Shown one piece after another: positions 16,607 through 24,226 of a stretch of DNA of 41,737 nucleotides. Both the position numbers and the translations under genes were made by a program. This stretch comes from an uncultured Spirochaetaceae bacterium (GTDB lineage: Bacteria > Spirochaetota > Spirochaetia > SZUA-6 > DRHE01). The stretch lies in NCBI GenBank assembly GCA_964520025.1, contig CAZFMD010000003.1, positions 1-41,737 on the forward strand, given 5' to 3'. Numbering within the stretch: the stretch's first letter is position 1; the number at the start of each line of letters is the position of its first letter. A model generated the notes under the pieces. That model worked only from the letters and a program-made list of their open reading frames with translations, searched no databases and was not told where the DNA came from.

Positions 16607-17481
16607 AATCCCCGGTACCGCGCACCGCCGCGATTCACGACCTCTCGGGATTCGGAAGAGCCTCTCTGACCGTGATTATCCCGGTGCTATCGACCATGGG
16701 CATTCAGGTCTGCCCTCTGCCCACGGCGGTGCTGTCAACCCACACCGGCGGTTTCGAAAACTACCGCATGGTGGATCTGAGCAGCCATATGCGCAGCACA
16801 ATCGAGCATTGGCGGGATTTGGAGCTTTCCTTCGATGCGATCTACAGCGGCTTCCTGGGCTCTTCCGAGCAGATCGAAATCGTTTCCGGATTTATCGAAA
16901 CATTCTCTCGGGAAGATCAGCTGGTCCTGATCGACCCGGTGATGGGGGATGAGGGCAAGCCGTACGGACCTATCCGGCCCGAATTGATACGGGGCATGCG
17001 CCGGTTGGTCGAGCGCGCCCAGGTCATCACGCCTAATTTCACGGAGTGCTGCTTTCTGCTTGACCGCGAGTACGCCACGGAAATCGATCCGGGAGAGTTG
17101 AAGGAACGGCTGATCGCCCTGTCGGATTTCGGTCCCTCCATTGTAATCATCACCAGTGTTCCCCTGGATCGAGCCGAGCAATCCTCCTCTGTAGTTGCAT
17201 ACAACCGGGAGGACGGCCGCTTCTGGCAAGTAGATTGCGCGTTCATTCCCGCCTACTACCCGGGAACCGGTGACGCCTTTGCAAGCGTAGTCTTGGGCAG
17301 CCTCCTTCAGGGCGACAGCCTCCCGATCGCCCTGGACCGATCCGTACAGTTCGTCACCTTGGCGATCAAGGCGAGTTTTGGATACGACCTGCCTCGCAGA
17401 GAGGGAGTTGTTCTGGAGCGGGTTCTGGGGAACCTGAAAGCTCCGCTTACTTCCATGACCTATGAGCTGGCAGACTGGTAA
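16603..17481 (+). CDS. pdxK: Pyridoxal/pyridoxamine kinase family protein
   Basis: ATGA overlap with the radical SAM gene. N-terminus IHDLSGFGRASLTVIIPVLSTMGIQVCPLPTAVLSTHTGGF and C-terminal GTGDAF are typical of the PdxK/PdxY ribokinase fold. Confidence 0.75.
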   Translation: MKSPVPRTAAIHDLSGFGRASLTVIIPVLSTMGIQVCPLPTAVLSTHTGGFENYRMVDLSSHMRSTIEHWRDLELSFDAIYSGFLGSSEQIEIVSGFIETFSREDQLVLIDPVMGDEGKPYGPIRPELIRGMRRLVERAQVITPNFTECCFLLDREYATEIDPGELKERLIALSDFGPSIVIITSVPLDRAEQSSSVVAYNREDGRFWQVDCAFIPAYYPGTGDAFASVVLGSLLQGDSLPIALDRSVQFVTLAIKASFGYDLPRREGVVLERVLGNLKAPLTSMTYELADW

Positions 17482-17522
17482 GGTCCGTAGAGCAGGCATG
17501 GATTACAGACAGGAGGAGGAAG

Positions 17523-18359
17523 ATGAAACCATACGATTCAAACAACGGCGGCGGAAGGTCCGTCGGAGTCCAAGAGGCGGAATCCAGTGCAAACAACGCC
17601 AATTTTGTTACGGGTATCGGCTGGTTTGATTCGCTTCTACCCTCCGGACTTCCCGTCCCTTCTTCTACCGTGATTTCCGGACCCAGCGGCACGGGTAAAC
17701 CCTTCGTCGGTCTTTCCTTTGCCGGTTCCTGGCTGAGACAGGGGGGCAGGGTTATCTTTATTCCGATCCACTCCTCCTATCCTCAGCTGTTCGACAGAGG
17801 GCTCCGGGGTTTGCACGGTCATTCCCTTCAGGACTTCCCGGATTCCCACTTTTTCATTCTTCTGGATACGGACATGGATTCGCGGGAAGGGGGTGTGGAG
17901 GTGGCGGGGAGCAATTCCATTCGCTGCAATGTAGTGAACCCGCAAATCTGGCAGGAAGCCCTGGATCTGGCCTCAGCCTCTATGGAAGGGCAGGGGCCGA
18001 TCCTGATCTTTGCCAGTGCACTCAATCTTCTTTTGATGTCGCCGACCTACGGCGAACAGTTTTTTCAGATGCTCCTGGAAACGATCCGAAATCCGGGGGG
18101 CTGGACCTACCTGCTCGCGGTGAGCTCGAGCATTCTTCTCAAGAAAATCATTATCTTAGAACAGGCGGCGGACCACCTGTTTCTCATGGAGCGAGTTTCA
18201 GGGGATCCCCGCGTGCTACTTCGGGCCGCCAGGGTTCGGGGCGCCGGATTTGCCAGTTCCTCGGTGCCGATCCCCACGATGCCGGATCTTGTAGAAGAGC
18301 TGAAAAACGACGCCATAGCCTCCCGCCGTATCCTGATTCCCACGGTCAGCGGAGTGTGA
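17523..18359 (+). CDS. KaiC/RecA-like ATPase-domain protein with an atypical Walker A (GPSGTGKP)
   Basis: Strong RBS AGGAGGAGGAAG. GIGWFDSLLPSGLPVPSSTVISGPSGTGKPFVGLSF parallels the KaiC-like GIxGLDxLLxGGLPxGSxxLxxGxPGTGKT. Confidence 0.6.
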   Translation: MKPYDSNNGGGRSVGVQEAESSANNANFVTGIGWFDSLLPSGLPVPSSTVISGPSGTGKPFVGLSFAGSWLRQGGRVIFIPIHSSYPQLFDRGLRGLHGHSLQDFPDSHFFILLDTDMDSREGGVEVAGSNSIRCNVVNPQIWQEALDLASASMEGQGPILIFASALNLLLMSPTYGEQFFQMLLETIRNPGGWTYLLAVSSSILLKKIIILEQAADHLFLMERVSGDPRVLLRAARVRGAGFASSSVPIPTMPDLVEELKNDAIASRRILIPTVSGV

Positions 18360-18927
18360 AAACCCTGCGGGCCGCTGTTGGCGATCTGGCGAACGTGTAT
18401 ATCCGCCCCGATGTGTAGCGGTTGTCGTGAAGGAGCTCGGCTTCCATCCGGGTTTCGAGCAAAAATCCCACAGTTCGCAGCTGTTTCTTTAGTCCCTCGA
18501 GCTGCCCTATAGACATGTGTTGCGGAAAGATCGATAGGATCCCATCCGGGGAGACTATCGAGGCCAGGCTCGTAATCAGGTCATCCCTCTGCTTTCTGGT
18601 AAAATAGTAGTGGTGGATCACGTCGTACAGCAGAACAACGTCGAAGGTTCTGGCGCCCAGAGTTTTTGTCATCTGTTCGATGGAATGCACGGGGACAATG
18701 TTGTGCAGATCCCGGGAGGAGGCCTCCCGGTTCAGTTCCGAGAGGGAATATTTGTCTCTGTCCAAGGCGTAAACAACGCCGTCACTGCCGACCACTTCGG
18801 CCGCCGGAATCGTGTAGCAGCCCCTGCCGCAACCGAAATCCAAAACGCTATCACCGGATCGCAGGCCCGCCTTCCGCAGAAATCGCTGACCCTGTTCACC
18901 AAACCAGCGCCGGATGTCCTGCTCCAT
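18346..18927 (-). CDS. Class I SAM-dependent methyltransferase
   Basis: Motif I VLDFGCGRGCYT. 193 aa. Lies 16 nt downstream of feoB on the same strand. Its 3' end overlaps the convergent KaiC-like gene by 14 nt. Confidence 0.8.
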   Translation of the reverse strand: MEQDIRRWFGEQGQRFLRKAGLRSGDSVLDFGCGRGCYTIPAAEVVGSDGVVYALDRDKYSLSELNREASSRDLHNIVPVHSIEQMTKTLGARTFDVVLLYDVIHHYYFTRKQRDDLITSLASIVSPDGILSIFPQHMSIGQLEGLKKQLRTVGFLLETRMEAELLHDNRYTSGRIYTFARSPTAARRVFTLR

Positions 18928-18943
18928 CGGCGTGAACCCCGCC

Positions 18944-20851
18944 TTATCGGAGGATGAGATTCAGCACGCTGCCGGTGAGGAAGACGGCCAGCAGCATAAT
19001 GCCCAGGGATTTCAATCCGTCTTTCAAGCCCAGCTCTCGGAACAGTACCACAAAGGTGGCGATACAGGGAAAGAACATTGCCAGCAGCACACTTCCGATG
19101 ATCAGTTGCTTTACCGTGAGATCCAGGGGGGCGAGCAATCCCAGGGCTACGTCCTTTCTCAGGATTCCTACCAGAAGGGGGACCACCGCCTCAGATGGCA
19201 TGCCCCACAGCCTGGTTATCACCGGTTCGGCGACCCCGGACAGATAGGCAAAGAGGTTCAGCTGATAGAGCACGTTCACCGCCACGATCGCCCCAAGGAT
19301 GATTGGAAGCGCTTCTCGGATAAAGCCGGAGATCCGTAGCCACATCTTCGTGCCCAGCGCCCGAAAGGTGGGCAACCGGTAGGGTGGGATTTCCACCAGA
19401 AGTTCAGGCTGAAATCCCCGGACCGTGAGACGGAGGACCAGACTGACCAACAACCAGACGACGAACAGCGTTCCGTACACGATCAAAACGGGTCCTATGC
19501 CCCGGCGGCCCACCAGCCCGATGATCATCGCCTGCAGAGCGGCGCACGGTACGGCGATGGATATCAGGGTGGCAGTGATGAAACGCTGCCGACGGCTCTC
19601 CAGGATGCGGGTGGCCATGATTCCCGGCACGTTACAACCCAGCCCGAGAAGGGTGGGTATGATCGCATAGCCGTGCAGACCTATGCGGTGCATGAAGTTG
19701 TCGAGAAACACGGCCAACCTTGGGAGGTAACCGCTGTCCTCCAGCAGAGCGAGCACGAAGTAGAAGCTGAGCAGGTACGGGAGGACCACGCCGATCGGGA
19801 TGAAGATGCCCGATGAGAGGATCCCGAAGGACTGCATGAAATCGATCCGCCCGTTTACCAACGTCCCGATGAGCAACTTGTGAAGAAAGCTCTCCGTACC
19901 GATGGCCCGCGACAGCGCGATCAAGGGCGGGTGGAGAACCTTGTCGAAAAGCAGCTCGGTTCCGAAGGGCAGCTCGACCCAGGGTTCCCCGATGATGCCA
20001 ACGGCACCGGCGATCAGAAACTCCCCAATCAGGCGAATAAGGGAAAAGGAAACTGTGATCACGGCCAACGCGAGCAGGCTGCCCCAAAAGGGATGGATGC
20101 TGATTTCTTCCAGCCGTTCGGAAAAGCTGTGGTGATGATGCTCGAGGGTCTGGACCTTCTCGACCAGCTCCCCAACCCGCTTCCAGATCCGATCTCTGTT
20201 CAGGTGCACGTGCTCGGCAAAAGAGTTGTTGCGGCCTGTCGGGGAGGGATGCTGGATATGCGGATGATGGCCGGGATGGCCCGATTCGTTGCGGGTGGAT
20301 TGGTCAATCGGCTGCAAATCCAAACAGGTGTCGACCAGCTGCTTAACCCCTTCTCCGCTGGGAGCTACGATGGACAGCACCGGTACCCCGAGCTCGGCAG
20401 AGAGCTGCTCCACGTCGATGCGGATCCCTCTGTGGCGAGCCTCGTCGCTCATGTTCAAAGCGACCACCATCGGTTTGTTTTGGGCTATGAGTTCCAGGGT
20501 CATGGGAAGGTGCCGTTCCAGGTGGGTCGAATCTACGACATTGATGATCCGTTTTGCGTCATCGATTAGATCTACTGTTACCCTGGCTGCTTCATCCAGG
20601 GGCTCCAGAGAGTAGGTCCCCGGTGCATCCACGACGACCAGAGTGCTGCCCTTGCCGCGCATCCTGCCCATGGCGTAGGACACGGTGGTGCCGGGATAGT
20701 TGGAGGCGATGGTGCGCACTCCCGTGAGGTGCGAGAACAGCACGCTCTTTCCCACGTTGGGCTGCCCGACCAAAAGAATATCGTTCTCCAGATGTTTCCG
20801 AGGCTTCTGGGGGGCGTTTCGGATTCGTTGCTCTGTACCCATATCCCGCAT
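18944..20851 (-). CDS. feoB: Ferrous iron transporter FeoB
   Basis: G-domain LVGQPNVGKS, VVDAPG, NMSD. Large polytopic C-terminal domain. Preceded by feoA. Confidence 0.9.
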   Translation of the reverse strand: MRDMGTEQRIRNAPQKPRKHLENDILLVGQPNVGKSVLFSHLTGVRTIASNYPGTTVSYAMGRMRGKGSTLVVVDAPGTYSLEPLDEAARVTVDLIDDAKRIINVVDSTHLERHLPMTLELIAQNKPMVVALNMSDEARHRGIRIDVEQLSAELGVPVLSIVAPSGEGVKQLVDTCLDLQPIDQSTRNESGHPGHHPHIQHPSPTGRNNSFAEHVHLNRDRIWKRVGELVEKVQTLEHHHHSFSERLEEISIHPFWGSLLALAVITVSFSLIRLIGEFLIAGAVGIIGEPWVELPFGTELLFDKVLHPPLIALSRAIGTESFLHKLLIGTLVNGRIDFMQSFGILSSGIFIPIGVVLPYLLSFYFVLALLEDSGYLPRLAVFLDNFMHRIGLHGYAIIPTLLGLGCNVPGIMATRILESRRQRFITATLISIAVPCAALQAMIIGLVGRRGIGPVLIVYGTLFVVWLLVSLVLRLTVRGFQPELLVEIPPYRLPTFRALGTKMWLRISGFIREALPIILGAIVAVNVLYQLNLFAYLSGVAEPVITRLWGMPSEAVVPLLVGILRKDVALGLLAPLDLTVKQLIIGSVLLAMFFPCIATFVVLFRELGLKDGLKSLGIMLLAVFLTGSVLNLILR

Positions 20852-20854
20852 CTA

Positions 20855-21082
20855 CTAGCACCTCACCAGAATTCTTGCCGCCATTCCCCGGCCGATTGCG
20901 ACCTGGGTTCGTTTTACCTCCACCACAACCGGCCCGCCCCAGGCCAGGGCGGAGAGCTTGCGAAGCATCTGTCCTTCGACCAGCCCCAGGCTCCGCAGTC
21001 TTACCTGGATACCCCGCCCGCCGTGAATCGAGACCACGGTCGCCTTTTCTCCGGGCTTGAGCTCAGTGAGTAGCTTTTCCAT
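20855..21082 (-). CDS. feoA: FeoA-family protein
   Basis: 75 aa. LKPGEKATVVSI...LRSLGLVEGQ is the FeoA/SH3-like signature. Confidence 0.85.
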   Translation of the reverse strand: MEKLLTELKPGEKATVVSIHGGRGIQVRLRSLGLVEGQMLRKLSALAWGGPVVVEVKRTQVAIGRGMAARILVRC

Positions 21083-21590
21083 TCCTCTGTTTCCCTTTCA
21101 AGTTGATCAGACAATCACTGATGCAGCGCTCACAGGTATCTAAAGAATCCGGACGCTCGCAGAAGTAGCCGGTTTCCTCGATCCAGTTGACATCGAGGCG
21201 GGGGCAGACCTGTATGAAATCCACGAACTGGGCAAGCCTGTCCAGTATCTTTTCAGAAACTACATGTTCCATTTTGCAGGCGCTGTCATCGGCTTCGGAG
21301 GCATTTACACCCAGGACCTTTACAAAAAAATCCTTCAAGACAAGGTGGCGGTGGCTGATGTTGGCGGCAATCCGTTCCCCTTCTGCCGTAAGGGTGGCGA
21401 TGTCGTAGGGAGCATAGTTGACAAGCTTCCGTTCCGATAGTGCGTGGAGTGCTCCAGTTACCGAAGAGCGGTTCACCCCTAAACGCTTCGAGATCTCCTT
21501 GGCCCGGGCCGCCTTGTTTTCCCGCCCCAACTCATAGATCGTTTCCAGGTAATCCTCCAAGCTGGCTGTAAGGGTTTTCGTCTTGTTCAT
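21063..21590 (-). CDS. DtxR-family iron/manganese-dependent repressor with a Cys-rich C-terminal tail
   Basis: LEDYLETIYELGRENKAARAKEISKRLGVNRSSVTGALHALSERKLVNYAPY. Tail has C-x19-C-x10-C-x2-C-x3-C. First gene of the feoAB operon. Confidence 0.85.
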   Translation of the reverse strand: MNKTKTLTASLEDYLETIYELGRENKAARAKEISKRLGVNRSSVTGALHALSERKLVNYAPYDIATLTAEGERIAANISHRHLVLKDFFVKVLGVNASEADDSACKMEHVVSEKILDRLAQFVDFIQVCPRLDVNWIEETGYFCERPDSLDTCERCISDCLINLKGKQRNGKATH

Positions 21591-21604
21591 TGATTCTTAA
21601 TTAT

Positions 21605-21632
21605 ACTATAATACAAAACTTCGGCTTGTCAA
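21605..21632 (-). promoter_or_regulatory. Promoter of the DtxR-feoAB operon (TTGACA-N16-TATAGT), overlapped by the 13-bp palindrome ATTATAGTATAAT (21600-21612)
   Basis: Minus strand reads TTGACAAGCCGAAGTTTTGTATTATAGTATAATTAAGAATCAATG. Only 14 nt separate the -10 and the ATG, and there is no SD. Confidence 0.5.
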
Positions 21633-21751
21633 ACATTTTACGGCGTTCCGAAAAATTTTTTTTCATTCAACCACGATCGGGGGGCTATCCTGTTGCAGGG
21701 TTGCCACGTTATATGCTACCACTTGCTTAACTTTAACTTGGGACTTCGAAG

Positions 21752-22591
21752 ATGCATACATATTTAGATTGTTACTCCTGCTTTGTGCGCCAGGCCCTGG
21801 AAGCGGCGCGGCAGCTGGGAGCGGATGAGCAGAAGCAAAAGGTCGTGCTGGAACGCGTGCTGGAGGTGCTGAAGGACATCGACCTGTCCTTCACGCCGCC
21901 GCAAATCGGTGATCAGGTTCATCGTTTGGTACGCCAGGAGCTGGGGGACGGTGATCCCTACCGCTCCTTCAAAGAAACCGCGACTCGGGAGGCTTTGGCT
22001 CTGCTGCCTCGCCTGAGAAAAGTCCTCAAGGAGGCCGAGGATCCGCTGGAGACAGCGGTGCGGTTGAGTATCGCCGGCAACATCATCGACGCGGGCGTAC
22101 GCAGCAGCTATGAGCTGTGGCCTACCGTTCAGCGGGTGCTTTCCCAGCCTTTTGCCGTTGAGGATTTGGAGCCCCTGCGGCAGAGCCTTGCTGACGCCCC
22201 AAAGGTGCTCTATCTGGCCGACAACGCCGGGGAGACGGTTTTCGATCGTCTGCTGATCGAATGTATTGAAGCGCCGGTTGTGTATGCGGTAAAGGGAGGC
22301 CCGATCCTCAATGACGCGACGGTTGAAGATGCCCAAATGGCCGAGGTTGATCGGGTGGCGCAGCTGCTCAGCACCGGCTCCGATGCACCGGGTACGATCC
22401 TGGAGTGCTGCTCAAAGCCCTTTCAGCGGGTGTACGCTGAAGCATCTCTGGTCATTGCCAAGGGGCAGGCGAACTACGAGACCCTCAGCGAACAGGGTAC
22501 CAAAGTGTTTTTCCTGCTTCAGGCCAAGTGCCCGGTCATTGCCAGGGATCTGGGCGTACCGGTGGGCGGCCTGGTGCTCCGTCGGGGTTGA
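21752..22591 (+). CDS. DUF89 / ARMT1-like damage-control phosphatase family protein
   Basis: N-terminus MHTYLDCYSCFVRQALEAAR and ADNAGETVFD are DUF89 hallmarks as I recall them. Confidence 0.7.
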   Translation: MHTYLDCYSCFVRQALEAARQLGADEQKQKVVLERVLEVLKDIDLSFTPPQIGDQVHRLVRQELGDGDPYRSFKETATREALALLPRLRKVLKEAEDPLETAVRLSIAGNIIDAGVRSSYELWPTVQRVLSQPFAVEDLEPLRQSLADAPKVLYLADNAGETVFDRLLIECIEAPVVYAVKGGPILNDATVEDAQMAEVDRVAQLLSTGSDAPGTILECCSKPFQRVYAEASLVIAKGQANYETLSEQGTKVFFLLQAKCPVIARDLGVPVGGLVLRRG

Positions 22592-22651
22592 GGCAGTACA
22601 GGCGTTTGCGTGACCATCCCCGGAGGCTTATAATTCGGGATCCCGATCTTT

Positions 22652-23098
22652 CTAGTTGTAAGACAACCGGGTACGCTCATCCGCCATGGTCGGTTCCACG
22701 ATCTGATTCCAACTCGGATCATCCCACGTTCCCAGCCGCCTGTGCATGTCCAGATACTTCTGTGGGATCGGGTGGGTGCCGTAGATCACCTCTAAACCGT
22801 ACTTCTTCGCGATGAAGTCGTGAAAATAGGTGATGTATGGGCATGGCGGGTAGCCCACGACCAATCCAGTGGCAAGATGGACTACTTGCGCTCCGTTGCT
22901 CTTCATCTCTTCCACCGCATATTCCACATTCCCTCCGGGACAGCCATCGCAGGTGGTATAGCCGACAACTTCGACCTCTCCCCCTTCGTACCGGCTGAAT
23001 GCCCCCTCCCGGTTTCGCAGTGATCGAAAACATTTCCCGCCGGCGCACCTTTGGTAGCGGTCACAGATGATGATTCCGATCTTCGTCTTTTCGTTCAT
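22652..23098 (-). CDS. CGGC-domain protein
   Basis: ATG 23098 follows AGGAGAG. IGIIICDRYQRCAGGKCFRSL and YTTCDGCPGGN fit the CGGC domain. Confidence 0.65.
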   Translation of the reverse strand: MNEKTKIGIIICDRYQRCAGGKCFRSLRNREGAFSRYEGGEVEVVGYTTCDGCPGGNVEYAVEEMKSNGAQVVHLATGLVVGYPPCPYITYFHDFIAKKYGLEVIYGTHPIPQKYLDMHRRLGTWDDPSWNQIVEPTMADERTRLSYN

Positions 23099-23210
23099 AG
23101 TTCTCTCCTGTAAAAAAGTCAACTGCAGAGCCTCAGGTCCTCTGCATTCAGTCTCGGATCGCAACCGGCGGGACATAGTGAACGGCAGGGGAGGGGATCA
23201 AGGCGGAGCT

Positions 23211-23456
23211 TTACTGCAGCGCACACGCGGGTCGCTGCACGTCCTTCAGTACGGCGATATCCACCAGTCGCTCTCCGACCTTACGCCTCTCGACGAGACT
23301 AGTCAGGAAGTCGAAATGTTTCCCAAGGAGTCTCAACAACCGTTCCATAGCCCGTAATTCCGTTGTGCTCACCACCGGTTTGCCGAGCGTCCAAGAACAG
23401 ATATACCATATCGCCCGGTCATCGTAAAGAAGCCGCGATATGATGAGAGAATACAA
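23211..23456 (-). CDS. Hypothetical small protein, possibly a gene remnant
   Basis: 81-aa ORF only. No motif recognised and no clear RBS examined. Local GC is lower than the flanks. Confidence 0.25.
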   Translation of the reverse strand: MYSLIISRLLYDDRAIWYICSWTLGKPVVSTTELRAMERLLRLLGKHFDFLTSLVERRKVGERLVDIAVLKDVQRPACALQ

Positions 23457-23526
23457 GATAGTAAAAATCTTTTGAGAAAAATCCCCGTAAGTTAGCCTCT
23501 TTCATGTTTTAAATTGCTTTTAAGTC

Positions 23527-23555
23527 TTGTCAAATGAGAATATTCTCATTATATT
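23527..23555 (+). promoter_or_regulatory. Sigma-70-type promoter (TTGTCA-N17-TATATT) with the perfect palindrome GAGAATATTCTC (23536-23547) in the spacer
   Basis: Read directly: TTGTCA AAT GAGAATATTCTC AT TATATT. Geometry is identical to 3518-3546. About 180 nt upstream of ATG 23734. Confidence 0.55.
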
Positions 23556-23733
23556 ATGAGTGGAAGGTTCGATTCGGGAATATCTGCTCCCGGCATAAGC
23601 CCATCAGGAATGCAGACTCTTCGGTGTGTCCGGTCAGAAAAATGGGGCATATCCTCATGAATCAGCCGTATTGCCGGGGGAACGGGTAGAAGAGCAAGAA
23701 AATGCAAATCGCGATCGCCGCAGGGGGGACTAG

Positions 23734-24135
23734 ATGAGAGCAAGAAAGGGTTCCAGGGGCCGAGGCGGTATGGGCAGAGGCAGAGGCCTGAGCGGAGATA
23801 AGCAATCCGGTGCTTTGGGCACACCGACTACCGGAGGGCAAGACAAATCCGTGACGGTAGAGGCGCTGAAGCAGCAGATTCGAACCATGGAACAACAGGT
23901 CGAAGCATTGAAAGAGCGAATTCGGGACAAAGAACAGCGCGGAAGTAAATCGCAACTGACTGCCCGGGTTCTTCTGGATCGGTGTACCGGATGCGGGATG
24001 TGTCTGGATGTCTGTCCTACGGGAGCCGTTTCTTTCGCCGGCTCCGTTGCCCATATACAAGTCGCCAATTGCAGAGGTTGCGGGCGATGCGTAGAAGCCT
24101 GCCCGCAAGAGGCTATTGTTTTGACAGCAGTCTGA
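23734..24135 (+). CDS. 2x[4Fe-4S] ferredoxin with an N-terminal RGG-rich / coiled-coil (DUF5320-like) extension
   Basis: CTGCGMCLDVCP and CRGCGRCVEACP. N-terminal GRGGMGRGRG and the heptad stretch VEALKQQIRTMEQQVEALKERI. Confidence 0.75.
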   Translation: MRARKGSRGRGGMGRGRGLSGDKQSGALGTPTTGGQDKSVTVEALKQQIRTMEQQVEALKERIRDKEQRGSKSQLTARVLLDRCTGCGMCLDVCPTGAVSFAGSVAHIQVANCRGCGRCVEACPQEAIVLTAV

Positions 24136-24226
24136 TTCATCCCGCAGCGCGTTGATTTCATGAAAAACGCTCACGGTGAGTGAGACGAACAGGTAGTCGA
24201 GAAACGATAGATAGGAGTTAAAAGAT

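Noticed and set aside
23124-23146. Inverted repeat TGCAGAG-N9-CTCTGCA upstream of the CGGC gene, followed on the minus strand by GTTGACTTTTTT
   Set aside because: It could be a terminator for the doubtful small ORF 23211..23456, but the U-tract is displaced 6 nt from the stem and that ORF itself is weak. There is not enough support to call it.
23556-23660. 34-codon ORF (MSGRFDSGISAPG...) in the leader of the ferredoxin operon
   Set aside because: Its ATG abuts the predicted -10 and so lies upstream of the expected transcription start. It has no RBS and no recognisable peptide features.
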